DNA from: Vicinamibacteria bacterium
GTDB taxonomy: Bacteria > Acidobacteriota > Vicinamibacteria > Fen-336 > CBDFGD01
Direction: 5' to 3'
DNA: 64,000 nucleotides
Assembly (NCBI GenBank): GCA_965246965.1
Contig: CBDFGD010000002.1
Span: 1,899,968-1,963,967 of the forward strand
Position 1 is the stretch's first letter; the number at the start of each line of letters is the position of its first letter. A program made the translations under genes and the position numbers. The notes beneath the pieces are model-generated. The model was not told the origin of the DNA. It ran no database searches and saw nothing but the letters and a program-made list of their open reading frames with translations. Shown here in pieces: positions 19,350 to 32,148 of this stretch.

Positions 19350-20649
19350 GACTCCACCACCGACGCATCCGGGAGCCGCTCGCCGAGCATCTCCCGAACC
19401 ACCGTCGCGATCTCGGGAACGCCCACCAGGGCCAGCAGCTCGCTCGCGAAGCCGTAGGTCAACATGCTGCGCGAGGCTCGCTCGGAAAGGCCCCGCGAGC
19501 GCAGGTAGAACAGCGCGTTCTCGTCGAGCTGCCCGGTCGTCGCCCCGTGCCGGCACTTGACGTCGTCCGCGAAGATCTCGAGCTGCGGTGTCGAGTTGAC
19601 GAGTGCCCGGCGCGTCAGCAAGAGGTTGCGGTTCGACTGCTCGGCATCGGTCTTCTGTGCATCGGGACGGACCACGACGGCCCCGTGAAAGACGCCACGC
19701 GACGCCTCGTCGAGGACGCCTTTGTACAGCTGGCGGCTCGAGCAATGCGGCGCGACGTGATCGACGCGGCTATGCGTGTCCATCAGCTGCTCACCGCGTC
19801 CCATGAAGAGGCCGTAGAGAGCGCACTCGGCACCCGGGCCCGAGAGCCTCACGTCGATGTCGCTGCGGGCGATCTGGCCGCCGAAGCACATCGACTGGTC
19901 GACGAAGCGACTGTCCCGGGCCTGGCGAACGGCGAGCGTGGCGACGTGGAATGCGGCCTCGCTCTCGCGCTGCAGCTTGGTGTGCTCGAGGATCGCGCCG
20001 TCCTCGAGGACGACCTCGGTGACGACGTTCGTCAGGTAGCGCGCCCCCGGCTCGCCGAGGAAACTCTCCACGACCTGTGCCTGACTCGCTCGCGCCGCGA
20101 CGATCAGAGTCCGTGGGTTGGCGGCGACCGGGTCCTCGCCGGGTCGCGCCGTCTGAATGTACGCGATGTGAATCGGCGCCTCGATGATGCCGCCGATCCG
20201 GATCACGACTCCCTGGCTCGCAAACGCCGTGTTGAGTGCCGTGAACGGGTTCTCGCGATCGGTGGCGACGCTCCCGAGCAGGCCTTCGAGGCTCGCGGGC
20301 TCGTCGTGAAGCCGCTCGTCGAGACTGGCCACCTCGAGAGAAGGCTCGGCGGCCAGCCTCGACAGCTCCGGGCTGTAGCGCCCGTCCACGATCGCGATGA
20401 TGGCACCCTGCTGCTGGAAGCCCGGCGTCAGCGTCACGGCCCCAGCGGGCGGAGGCGACGCAAAGCCCTGCCGGGCGATGGTCGCTACGTTCGTGTATTT
20501 CCAGGCCTCCCAGCGAGTCGTCGGCAAGCCGGCGGAGGAGAAACGTTCGAAGGCATCACGCCGGGCGTCGCGCCAGAACGCCGGGTCGCCCGGGCGCTCG
20601 GCGTCGAACGCCTCTTGGAGGAGGGCGGGCGCGACGGCCGTCTCGATCA

Positions 20650-20650
<1 letters not shown>
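19346..20650 (-). CDS. sufD: Fe-S cluster assembly protein SufD
   Basis: SufB/D family; start taken at MIETAVAP (ATG 20648-20650) sharing 1 nt with sufC TGA. Confidence 0.85.
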
Positions 20651-21411
<761 letters not shown>

Positions 21412-21541
21412 CGACTTTCCCACCGCGAGCGAGGGGGCCGCGTAGGGCGCGCCTCTTTGATGAATGCGATACCGATCGTGCAGGCTATCGGGCTGCACGA
21501 TCGGTCAGCGTGAAGCGACCGGAGCGGTCCCCGAGCGATCC

Positions 21542-22999
<1,458 letters not shown>

Positions 23000-23070
23000 T
23001 GCTATTGAATCTGTATAGATATGTCAAGTTAGATTCGAGGTCGCGCCGAAGCTGCTGAGAGAATCCGCGC

Positions 23071-23765
23071 GTGCGGCATATCTACATAGGCGATATTCAG
23101 GGCTGCCGCAAGGAGCTCGAGCTTCTACTCGACAAAGTTCGCTTCGATCCGAGCTCCGACTGCCTGGAGCCCGTCGGTGACGCCGTCAACCGCGGCCCCG
23201 ATTCACTCGGCGCCCTGCGCCTGCTCCGCTCGCTGGGCGCCGGCGGCGTGCTCGGCAACCACGACGTTCACCTGCTCCGCGTCGCGGCTGGACGAAGGCA
23301 GACCCGTAGCGAAGACACGCTCGACGAGCTGCTCGGCGCACCCGACAGAGACGACCTGCTCGGATGGCTGCGTGATCGTCCGTTCTGCAAGGAGCTACCG
23401 GGAGTGCTGCTCGTCCACGCCGGCCTCCATCCGCGCTGGGAGGATCCCGTGCGCGAGCTGCGGGGCATCGACCCTCACGAACGTCATGCGAGCGCGCGCT
23501 TCGCCACGAGCGTCAGGTGTTGTGCCGAAGATGGCACGCTGGCCGCCGAGGAAGCGCCGGCTTCCCCCCGTGGTTCGAGCACTGGCGGGGACGTGACGAA
23601 CGGACGATCGTGTTCGGCCATTGGGCCCGCCGCGGACTCGTCGCTCAACCCGGTTTCCGCGGGCTGGACACAGGCTGCGTGTGGGGCGGTCGACTCACCG
23701 CGTGGATCGCCGAAGAGGATCGCTTCGTGCACGTCCCGGCCGAGCGTGCGTACGCCACGTCCTGA
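23071..23765 (+). CDS. apaH: Bis(5'-nucleosyl)-tetraphosphatase (symmetrical) ApaH-like metallophosphoesterase, frameshift in C6 run near 23563-23570
   Basis: IYIGDIQGC…GNHD N-terminus; C-terminus PWFEHW…IVFGHWA…LDTGCVWGG in frame of ORF 23517..23765; shift lies in cccccc homopolymer. Confidence 0.7.
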
Positions 23766-24002
23766 CGATCTGATTGCCACAGAGGCACAGAGGCACGGAG
23801 AACGGCTGGCTCCGAGCCTCGCTCAGCCAGATCGGCGGCTCGGAGTACGTCAGCCTGAGCGAGATCGGCCGGGGAGATGAGAGCGAGGGAGCCCGGCGCG
23901 TGACGCGTTGAACTCTCGCGGAGGATCCCCGAGGAGTCATCTCACCTCGCTGGCTCCTTCGCTCCGGTTTCCACGCGGATCATGCTCAGGATGACGATCC
24001 TT
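23766..24002. repeat. Repeat-dense intergenic region (tandem gaggcacagaggcacggagaacgg, CTCAGGATGACG motif)
   Basis: Matches motifs in 16040-16580 region. Confidence 0.45.
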
Positions 24003-24177
24003 GGCTAAGTACTCGGATCCGCAATTACGGTTGCATTCGAACGCCGATGCATCCCGCCTGGCTGCGTCGCTCATCGGTCAAATACTCCCGGTATTTTCCC
24101 TCTTCGGCTCCTTGCCATCCGGGCGCCTCGGCGTTCTCGGTTGCGACACCGTACTTACGGATCAGAGTACTAAGGCG
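24003..24177 (+). repeat. Repeat family copy A: 92-nt conserved core (24045-24132) flanked by ~45-nt mutually complementary arms
   Basis: Core about 95% identical to copies at 26626-26793 (rc) and 61836-62001; arms ggctaagtactcggatccgcaattacggttgcattcgaacgccg / cggcgttctcggttgcgacaccgtacttacggatcagagtactaaggcg are inverted complements. Confidence 0.75.
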
Positions 24178-24278
24178 TTCCTTTCGCCTTCGTCATCCCG
24201 ACCGAGAGGTACCGCGCAGAGTGGGCCTCTTTGGTGAACGTGATACCAGGGGCGCCGGTCGAAGGCCGGCGGCCCTGG

Positions 24279-25603
24279 TCAGCGTGGCCCGGCTCGGAGC
24301 GGTGCCCGAGCGACCCCGTCCGGCTGCTTGAAGACCTTCCCGTCCTTCATCACGAACGCGATCGTCTCCATCACACCGATCTCCGTCAGCGGATCGCCGG
24401 GTACGGCGATCACGTCCGCGATCTTGCCGACCTCGATCGTGCCGAGCCGGTCGTCGATCTTCAGCAACCGGGCCGCCGTCGAGGTGGCTGACCGGATCGC
24501 CTCGAGCGGCGGCATGCCGCCCTCGACCATGTAGGCGAACTCCTGACCGTTCCTGCCGTGCGGCGACACGCCGGTGTCCGTGCCGAAGGCGATGGTCACG
24601 CCGGCCTGGTAGGCCTTCGCGAACGTCTCGTCGATCACCGCCCGATCGCCCTCGCTTTCGGTCGCACGATCTCGGGGAGGAATCCCGGCTCCTCGGCTTT
24701 CATGGCGACGTAGCGACCCGCGCTGATCGTCGGCACCCAGAAGGTCCCCTTTTCCTTCATCAGCGCCATGATCTCGTCGGTCATGTAGGTGCCGTGCTCG
24801 ATCGAGTCGATGCCCGCCAGCACCGCGCGCTTCATCCCCTCGGCGCCGTGGGCGTGAACCGCGACGGGCATGCCGTACTCGCGAGCGGTCTCGACGATCG
24901 CCGCGAGCTCGTCCGGCTTGAACTGCGGGTTGTCGCCGCTCTTCGCGAGACTGAGAACGCCGCCGGTCGCGGTGAGCTTGATCAGATCGGAACCGTCCTT
25001 GTAGCGCTGCCGTACCGCCTTGCGCGCCTCGATGGGACCGTTCACGACCCCCTCATTGGGACCGGGATCGCCACGGAAGCGAAAGGCGATTCCGTTGGTC
25101 GGGTCGGCGTGGCCGCCGGTCGTCGCGAGCGACTTGCCCGCAGCGAAGACGCGTGGGCCGACGATCCAGCCCTTGTCGATCGCGTTCCGCAACGACAGCG
25201 TGACCCTGTCGCGCCCGCCGAGGTCGCGCACCGTCGTGAAGCCCGCCAGCAGGGTCCGCTCCGCGTAGAGGGTGGCGCGGAGCGCGACGTCGGTCGGGTT
25301 GAGGAAGTAGCGCTCGCTGTAGCCTTGCGGAGACAGCTCTCCGAAAAGGTGAACGTGCGCGTCCATCAGGCCCGGCATGACGGTGTGCTGCTTCAGGTCG
25401 ATCACGGTGTCGCCGTCCCCCGCGGCGACATAGCCGTCGGCGACCTTCGTGATGCGATCCTTCCCGATCACGACCGACATCTCGCTACGCGGGTCGCCGC
25501 CGCCGCCATCGATGAGGCGGCCGGCATGGATGATCACGGCCGCGTCGATCTGCGTCGCCAGCAACAGCGCCAAGGCCGTGAAGCTCGGGCGTAGTCTCAT
25601 CAT
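24279..25603 (-). CDS. Secreted metal-dependent amidohydrolase family protein, apparent frameshift near 24635-24650
   Basis: ORF 24635..25603 (signal peptide; HVH metal site, AVHAHG) continues as ORF 24279..24638 ([22 protein letters not shown]…) at junction …IVRPKA|IDETF…. Confidence 0.7.
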
Positions 25604-25640
25604 CGATTCCTCCGGTACGAGAGCTCGACCGGGATCCCGG

Positions 25641-26570
25641 TCAATTCGCGCCGCGGGCGCGACGCTCGAGCGGCAGCAGCGCCGCGTACAGAAAATCGTG
25701 TACCGGAGTCGCGACTCCGGCGCGCTGCCCCCGCCGCGACACCGAGCCGCTTTGTGACTCCAGCTCCGAGGGTCGCCCCTCGGCGATGTCGCGCTGCATC
25801 GACGTGGTGCTCACCGGTGCGAGCGCATCCACGAAGGCGAGGGTCTTGGCCACGACTTTTTCCGGCAGTTGGACACCCTCGGCCCGGGCCACGGCGGCGG
25901 TCTCCTCGAGAGCCTTCGTCAGCAGCCGGCGCGACTGCGGGACGTCTCGGTAGCCGCCCACCGGCAGGCGCGTCACGGCTCCGAGACCCGAGATGGCGGC
26001 AATGAAGAGGAACTTCTCCCACAGAACCGCCGCGATGTCTGGCGCTATTTCACACTTGACGCCCGATCGATCGAAGCGGGCTCGAAGTCCCTCCACGCGC
26101 GTCGAGGCCGAACCGTCGCGCTCCCCGAAGACGACCCGCGGCTCCACGGCGGCGTGGCGGATGTGTCCGGGCGCCTCGATGAACGACATGATCCAGGTCG
26201 CCCCCTCCACGATCCTATCCACGCCGGCAACGGCTCTGATCTGATCGCCTGCATCCACACCGTTCTGCAACGTGAGCACCGCCGTCCCGGCGCCTAGCAG
26301 CGGGCGCATCACCGTCACCGCCTCCGGCACCTGCCAGGCCTTCACCGCGCATATCACCCAGTCGACGGGACCCAGCTCGTTCGGGTCTCGAATGACTTTT
26401 GCGGGATCGACGTGGATGTCACCGTTGATCGAGCTGACGCGCAGTCCCTTCGCCAGGATCGCCTCCAGGTGGGCTCCCCGCGCCACGAAGGTGACGTCCT
26501 CACCGGCCGCCGCGAGCCGCGCACCGTAGTAGCCCCCGACTCCGCCAGAACCGAAGATCGCGAATCTCAT
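25641..26570 (-). CDS. panE: 2-dehydropantoate 2-reductase
   Basis: [33 protein letters not shown]-terminal Rossmann; ApbA/PanE family features. Confidence 0.8.
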   Translation of the reverse strand: MRFAIFGSGGVGGYYGARLAAAGEDVTFVARGAHLEAILAKGLRVSSINGDIHVDPAKVIRDPNELGPVDWVICAVKAWQVPEAVTVMRPLLGAGTAVLTLQNGVDAGDQIRAVAGVDRIVEGATWIMSFIEAPGHIRHAAVEPRVVFGERDGSASTRVEGLRARFDRSGVKCEIAPDIAAVLWEKFLFIAAISGLGAVTRLPVGGYRDVPQSRRLLTKALEETAAVARAEGVQLPEKVVAKTLAFVDALAPVSTTSMQRDIAEGRPSELESQSGSVSRRGQRAGVATPVHDFLYAALLPLERRARGAN

Positions 26571-26625
26571 TTCGCCGACTCGACTCCTCCTGAAAACCGC
26601 AGTCTATGTCGGGATCGCGATGGGG

Positions 26626-26793
26626 CTAGTGGCCCGTAACAGGGAGGTCGATGCCAGCGAGACCGTCGAGGCGCCCGGATGGCAAGGAGCCGAAGAGGGA
26701 GAATACCGGGAGTATTTGACCGATGAGCGACGCAGCCAAGCGGGATGCATCGGCGGTCGCAACGGTATCGAATCCCCTGTTACAGGCCACTAG
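26626..26793 (-). repeat. Repeat family copy B (inverted relative to A and C)
   Basis: Core 26663-26756 is rc of copy A core; arms gctagtggcccgtaacagggaggtcgatgcc / ggtatcgaatcccctgttacaggccactag are inverted complements but differ in sequence from arms of A and C. Confidence 0.75.
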
Positions 26794-28688
26794 AGAGCAT
26801 TGTGGAGCTGAGCGGCGAACGCTCGCCATTGGATGAGCACACCCCAGGCCACGACGTAGGAGAACGCCACCGTCGCGAGCAGCCACTCAGGACGACTTCG
26901 ATGCGCCAGAGCCCGAAGTGACGCGCCGGCCATCAGGCACACCAGCGGCGTGACGAAAGTGGTCTCGTGGCCGTGCAGAAAGATGTCGGGGAGCTTCGCC
27001 CGCCCGAGCAATAGAAGAAGGTAGGCAAGCCCCCAGCCGACCAGCAGAACCGTGTGATGCCTGGCTCGTCGCAAGGTCACGAAAAGCCCGGCCAGCGCGA
27101 GTAGCGGCAGCAGACCGTCGAAGAAATCACGGGTGCGCGCGCAGGCGACGGCCAGGAACGACTGCGCCTCGTAGCGTCCCGCGGAAGCCGCAGCACCCAC
27201 GTCCAGGCGCGAGAGGATCGCGACGACGATGTCCAGAAAGCGTCCGTAGTAGAGGATCAGCGATGTCGCGGCCCCGGCGACGCCGACAGCGGCGAGCACC
27301 GCGGCCTGGCGGGGTCGCTTCGTCGCCAGCAGCAGAAGCGAGACGGACAGCACCAGCGCTCCGCTGTTGAGCAGGCCCGAAACGTACGCGAGCTGGCTCG
27401 CGGCAACGACGGCCACACCGAGCACGAACGCCGCGCGTCGCTCGATTCGCGGAAGGTTGTACGCCAGCCACAGCAGCAGCACGAGATCGAAGACGTGACC
27501 CAAAAGCGACGGCAGGAAGGCGAAGCTGAGGCGCGTGCCGTAGGTCGGCACGACGACCATCAGCAGAGCCGGCATCAGAGGCGTCACGCCGAGCCGAAGT
27601 GCAAGCGCCCAGACCAGTGCGATCGGAATCACCGAGAGAGCGACGCCCGCGAGCTTCATCGCGGTGATCAGCTCGTCGTACTCGAGCGGAGAGAGGACGA
27701 ACGGAAGATGGAACGCAGGGCTGTACGGGAAGGCGTACGAGCGATCGACGACCTCCAGCTTCCACACGCCGTGCTCGAGGATGGTCGCGGCCGGATCGGA
27801 CGAGAACCCGAGACCCGCCTCGCGAATCTCCTCGGCGAAGCGAGCGTGGGTGTGCAGATCCGGGTAGTAGAAGTCGGGATGGTTGACCGCCGCCGCGCGC
27901 GCCAAAAGCGCCACGCCGACGATCGTGGCGAGGGCTCGCAGCGTCGGGGGCGAGCAGCGAAGCCGCCACCCGACCGCGAGACCCAGCCCGGCGACGACGG
28001 CGAGCAGAAGCGGGACGCCTGTCAGCATCCGGTGGGCCAGCCAAGGATCCGTCACGAGACCCGCGATCACGAAAGCCGCAACGACGCCGGCCTGAGCGGT
28101 GGCCCAGCGCCGCCGCCAACCGGCCAGGCGCAAGACGAGGAAGCAGATGGCGACGAGCGCCGCCGACCCGAGACGGGCGCGAGGGGCCAGTCGGACCCGC
28201 GCGCGCTCGCCCAGCTCGAAGACCACCCGGTCGAGCCTCAGGCCCAACCGCTGACGGTCGTGGGAGTCGACCCGGAAGCGCAGGGAGAGGGGCGTCTCGG
28301 GCAGCGCGGCGAGATCCACGCGCCGTTCCTCGACTCGCCCGCCGCGACACGTGAACCGGTCGATGTCCGCGCCGGCGAGCGAGACGTCGACGACCGCGGT
28401 CTCGGGCAACACCCGCGCAAACCGGTACGACACGGCAATCGGCCCGCCCTCCACGAGGAGCGGCAACGCGACCGTCGCGTCGTAGCCGGTCCAGTGGGTC
28501 CCGACCCGGTCCCGGACCTCGAAGCGAGGCGTGAACCCGGTCGTCAACGCCGAGTCGCCGGGACCGAGGTTCCCGACGATCGTCGAGGGGCCTCGCGCAC
28601 CGTGTGACGCCGCGGCGATCGTCAGCGCGACGAGCACCGCTCCCGGCCAGGCTTCGGCCAGCGCGCGGCGAGCCCGAGGGGAACTCAT
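26790..28688 (-). CDS. Polytopic integral membrane protein (N-terminal periplasmic domain + ~12 TM; glycosyltransferase-C-like?), downstream of sat/cysC
   Basis: 632 aa ORF, highly hydrophobic C-terminal two-thirds; no confident family assignment from sequence alone. Confidence 0.5.
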   Translation of the reverse strand: MSSPRARRALAEAWPGAVLVALTIAAASHGARGPSTIVGNLGPGDSALTTGFTPRFEVRDRVGTHWTGYDATVALPLLVEGGPIAVSYRFARVLPETAVVDVSLAGADIDRFTCRGGRVEERRVDLAALPETPLSLRFRVDSHDRQRLGLRLDRVVFELGERARVRLAPRARLGSAALVAICFLVLRLAGWRRRWATAQAGVVAAFVIAGLVTDPWLAHRMLTGVPLLLAVVAGLGLAVGWRLRCSPPTLRALATIVGVALLARAAAVNHPDFYYPDLHTHARFAEEIREAGLGFSSDPAATILEHGVWKLEVVDRSYAFPYSPAFHLPFVLSPLEYDELITAMKLAGVALSVIPIALVWALALRLGVTPLMPALLMVVVPTYGTRLSFAFLPSLLGHVFDLVLLLWLAYNLPRIERRAAFVLGVAVVAASQLAYVSGLLNSGALVLSVSLLLLATKRPRQAAVLAAVGVAGAATSLILYYGRFLDIVVAILSRLDVGAAASAGRYEAQSFLAVACARTRDFFDGLLPLLALAGLFVTLRRARHHTVLLVGWGLAYLLLLLGRAKLPDIFLHGHETTFVTPLVCLMAGASLRALAHRSRPEWLLATVAFSYVVAWGVLIQWRAFAAQLHNAL

Positions 28689-28769
28689 CGTGTGGGCATT
28701 CTCAGGGATCGAGCGCTCGGGCGACAGCCCACCGGGCTCGCCTCGAGATCCCCGGGGGACGGGGAGCCG

Positions 28770-30479
28770 TCAGTCGCTCAGAATCAGGCCGCGCTCGCGC
28801 AACAGCTCGACGATGCGTCGCGCGTTGTCTTCCGGCGAGGCCTCGACGGTCTCGATGGCCAGCTCTGGATTGAGCGGCGCCTCGTAGGGATCGTCGATGC
28901 CCGTGAAGCCCTTCAGCTCCCCACGACGGGCCTTGGCGTAGAGGCCCTTGACGTCGCGGCTCTCGCACACGTCGATCGGAGTGTCGACGAACACCTCGAA
29001 GAAGTGATCCGCGCCGACCATGCTGCGGCATTCGTTGCGCGTCGAGCGGTAGGGGCTCACCGCCGCGCAGAGCACCACGCCGCCGTGACGGACCAGCTCG
29101 GCCGCGACGAAGCCGATCCGACGAATGTTGGTGTCCCGATCCTCGGCGCTGAATCCGAGCCCCTTCGAGAGGTGAGTCCGAACCACGTCGCCGTCCAGGA
29201 TCGTCACCTGGCGACCGCGCTCGAGAAGGAGCGACGTCAGCGCTTCCGAGGTGGCCGACTTCCCGGCTCCGGAAAGCCCTGTGAACCAGACACAGAACCC
29301 CCAGCGATGTCGCGGCGGGTGACGCTCGGCGAGAATGGCCGCGGTCTCGGGACGCGTGAACCACTCGGGGAGCGTCTTGCCCTTGCTCAGGTAGTCGTCC
29401 CTCACCTGGGTGCCGGAGATCACGGCAACCCTGACCCCTTCGGGGATCTTGCCACGCTCTTCGTACCGATCATCGTCCGGCAGGTAGACCATTTCCTTGA
29501 AAGCGACCATCTGCATCCCGATCTCATCGGCGTGCTTCGCCACCAGTTCCTGTGCCTCGTACGGCCCGAAGAACGGCCGCCCGGTGGAGTCGTTGCCGGG
29601 TCCCGCGTGGGCGCGTCCAACGATGAAGTGGCTGGCGCCGTAGTTGCGCCGAACGATCGCGTGCCAGACCGCCTCGCGCGGACCGGCCATCCGCATCGCG
29701 AGGGGCAACAAGCTGAGCACGGTCCGGTCCTTGTCGTAGTGGTTCTCGACCAGGACCTTGTAGGTGCGCACCCGGGTGTAGTGATCCACGTCGCCGGGCT
29801 TCGTCATCCCGACGACCGGGTGCACCAAGAGCGTCCCGTCCACCTCGGCCGCCGCCCGCTTGGTCAGCTCCTCGTGGCTGCGGTGGAGCGGGTTTCTGGT
29901 CTGAAAGGCGACCACCTGTGCGCGGCCCGCGGCCTGAAGCCGCTCGCGGACCTGCGCCGGGGTAAGGCGCAGCGGAGCGAAGTCCGAGTAGCGCGGCAGG
30001 TTGATGACTTTGAGCGGACCGGAGATACACACCGGACCCCAGCCCGCCATCTCCGCCACCAGCGAGTGCCGTGGGTCGTTGCGGCCCAGCAGGAAGCGCG
30101 CTTCTCGCTCTGCATCCCAAGAGAACGCCTCGTCGATCGTCGCGACCGCGATCAACTCGTTCTTCGAGTTACGCAACGCGACATCGTGCCCGACCCGAAT
30201 CTGGTCGCCCTGGGGAACCGGCAGCGTGATCGGCATCGGCCACAGCGTCCCGTCGGCCAGCCTCATCTCCTCCAGCACGCGATCGTGATCCGTCTTGCCC
30301 ATGAACTGGCGCAGCGGCGAGAATGCGCCGACGGCAAGCAGCTCGAGGTCGTTCAGGGAACGGTCGCTGATCTGGACCGATGGGAGGGTCGAGGCGTGGG
30401 CGATCAGACGCTCGCGCTCTTCGCCGGCCACGAGCAGATCGACGAGCTCGCCGCCGTAGGGTGTGTTCAGCTCAGTCAC
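28770..30479 (-). CDS. sat/cysC: Bifunctional sulfate adenylyltransferase / adenylylsulfate kinase (PAPS synthase)
   Basis: ATP-sulfurylase motifs (QTRNPLHRSHE, GRAHAGPG) and C-terminal APS kinase (GLSGAGKST Walker A); GTG start at 30477-30479 preceded by GGAAGG RBS. Confidence 0.9.
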   Translation of the reverse strand: MTELNTPYGGELVDLLVAGEERERLIAHASTLPSVQISDRSLNDLELLAVGAFSPLRQFMGKTDHDRVLEEMRLADGTLWPMPITLPVPQGDQIRVGHDVALRNSKNELIAVATIDEAFSWDAEREARFLLGRNDPRHSLVAEMAGWGPVCISGPLKVINLPRYSDFAPLRLTPAQVRERLQAAGRAQVVAFQTRNPLHRSHEELTKRAAAEVDGTLLVHPVVGMTKPGDVDHYTRVRTYKVLVENHYDKDRTVLSLLPLAMRMAGPREAVWHAIVRRNYGASHFIVGRAHAGPGNDSTGRPFFGPYEAQELVAKHADEIGMQMVAFKEMVYLPDDDRYEERGKIPEGVRVAVISGTQVRDDYLSKGKTLPEWFTRPETAAILAERHPPRHRWGFCVWFTGLSGAGKSATSEALTSLLLERGRQVTILDGDVVRTHLSKGLGFSAEDRDTNIRRIGFVAAELVRHGGVVLCAAVSPYRSTRNECRSMVGADHFFEVFVDTPIDVCESRDVKGLYAKARRGELKGFTGIDDPYEAPLNPELAIETVEASPEDNARRIVELLRERGLILSD

Positions 30480-30703
30480 AGATAACCTTCCTCGCGCCCT
30501 TGGAGACGCATCACATTCAGTCTTGGCTCGAGAGTTGCGATGCCCGCACGGCGCGCTCACGTCATCGGTAAGCGCTTCTGCCTTAGCGAGATACGGTCAC
30601 CCTCCGGAGTGCCGAGGCACTGCGGGGCTCCCGTGAAACTGCGGGCCCGCGGAACCACGGAGCTTACTGACGCGTCACCCGATGGTCAACGCGCGGCAGC
30701 GGG

Positions 30704-31240
30704 TTAGAGAAGCACCATCCCAACCCAGGCGGCCAGACGCACGGGGATGATCAGCGCGAGATAGATCACGAAGCCGACGGCACACACGAGCACGGCGCGT
30801 CCCGTGCTGCGGTAGTCGAGGGCCTGCCTGACGGCGACGACCATCGCCATCAGCATCCAGATTTCTATGGCGAAGCTGAGCGCGGCCCCCACCCACGGGA
30901 GCAGGCCGACGACGCGAAGGAAACCCGGCGCAGCCGAGAAGCCGATCGTGCGCAGGAGTTGGCCGAGGTCGGCTTCCGTCTCGCTTTCGGGCAGCAGTTT
31001 GGCGCCCACCAGATAGGTGATCCCGGCCCAGATGAACCAGGCGATCAACGCCACGACGGCGCCCAACAGCAGGCCGACGATCCCCGAACGGGCCAGCTCA
31101 CCGACACCGGCTGCGACGCTGGCAAGAAGCACGACGGCCATCGCCTGCGACGTGGCGGTCTCGTCCGCTTCGACCTCCTCGTAGATCTCGGCGTCGAGGA
31201 GAGCCGCGCGTCGCAAACGGTCGGTGAAGGTCGACGCCAC
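30704..31240 (-). CDS. Yip1 family membrane protein
   Basis: 178 aa, 5 TM, Yip1-domain pattern. Confidence 0.65.
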   Translation of the reverse strand: MASTFTDRLRRAALLDAEIYEEVEADETATSQAMAVVLLASVAAGVGELARSGIVGLLLGAVVALIAWFIWAGITYLVGAKLLPESETEADLGQLLRTIGFSAAPGFLRVVGLLPWVGAALSFAIEIWMLMAMVVAVRQALDYRSTGRAVLVCAVGFVIYLALIIPVRLAAWVGMVLL

Positions 31241-31248
31241 TGATTTTC

Positions 31249-32112
31249 CTAGAGATCGAAGACCAGAGAGACGTTGAAGAAGGAATCGAGCTTCCGCGCC
31301 GGCACGGACACGGAGAACCCGGCGTCCTCACCGGTCCCGGTCACGACGCCGATCTCGATGAGCGCCGGCTGGCTGGCGTACTGCAGCTGAATGCTCACCT
31401 TGAGGGCGAGGCGGTCGCTCATCCGCACAGCGAAGGCGTTCGTCGTATCGAGCCGCGTGTCGTCGAAATCGCTGAGGTTTTGCTCGATGCCGAAGACACT
31501 GGTGAAGGTCGTCGAGCTGCTGAGCCCCAGCCGGTAGTCCCAGCCCAGCCGGCCGGCCAGGAAGGTCTCGTCGCGATCGGGAACCGGCACGACGTCTCTC
31601 TGGGTCGTCACGGCGAGGCCGTATGAGGTCTGCAGCCGGGTTCTCTCCCGATCGAACCAGGTGTGACCCAGGCTCCCCACGCCCGACCACCGGTAGTCGA
31701 TGCCAGAGATCCTGTTCCGCAGGACGTCCGACCCGGCCCTCCAGAAGACCTTCTTGCCGAAGTTGCGCTCGAAGCTCGCGCTGCTTTGATAGTTCTCGGC
31801 GGTCACCTCCGTGGTCTTCTTCTCGGTCACCTCGATCTCGTCGGGCGGACGCATGATGGCGATCTGCGTCAGCGTCGTCGTCTCGACGCGGACCGCCGAG
31901 AGCGCCCACTTGAAGGACGATTCCTGCCAAACGCGGTCGAGCCTGTTCTTCAGGCCGAGCGTCGCCGACTGGGAGTTGCCGCCGGTGATCACGAACGAGA
32001 CCTCTGCAGCGTCGAACCATCCCGTCTTGCGCCCCTCTTCTTCCTCCTGAGCAACGACGGGCACAGAGAGGGAGGTTGCCACGATTGCCAGGTGCCATGG
32101 GCGTCTTGCCAT
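31249..32112 (-). CDS. DUF481-like outer-membrane beta-barrel protein (signal peptide)
   Basis: Start [22 protein letters not shown] inside ORF 31249..32484; alternating beta-strand pattern, C-terminal aromatic. Confidence 0.55.
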   Translation of the reverse strand: MARRPWHLAIVATSLSVPVVAQEEEEGRKTGWFDAAEVSFVITGGNSQSATLGLKNRLDRVWQESSFKWALSAVRVETTTLTQIAIMRPPDEIEVTEKKTTEVTAENYQSSASFERNFGKKVFWRAGSDVLRNRISGIDYRWSGVGSLGHTWFDRERTRLQTSYGLAVTTQRDVVPVPDRDETFLAGRLGWDYRLGLSSSTTFTSVFGIEQNLSDFDDTRLDTTNAFAVRMSDRLALKVSIQLQYASQPALIEIGVVTGTGEDAGFSVSVPARKLDSFFNVSLVFDL

Positions 32113-32148
32113 TCGGGCGATGCTAGCATCGCCTTCCTGAGCCAGCAG

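Noticed and set aside
24040-24140. Small ORFs (24001..24237, 26626..26886, 61904..62245 N-terminus) encoding …ADASRLAASLIGQILPVFSLFGSLPSGRL… through the repeat core
   Set aside because: Substitutions between copies are a mix of synonymous and non-synonymous with no start/RBS conservation. Conservation is explained by the nucleotide-level repeat.
27127-28607. ORFs 27127..28350 (-) and 27495..28607 (+) within the membrane-protein gene
   Set aside because: Alternative frame or antisense of a 632-aa hydrophobic ORF that has coherent TM periodicity. Arg-rich artefacts.
30480-30700. Possible riboswitch in the ~220-nt leader of sat/cysC
   Set aside because: Scanned for SAM-I/S-box-like conserved segments and found none. 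Only generic small hairpins; kept as a minor note under the sulfation finding.
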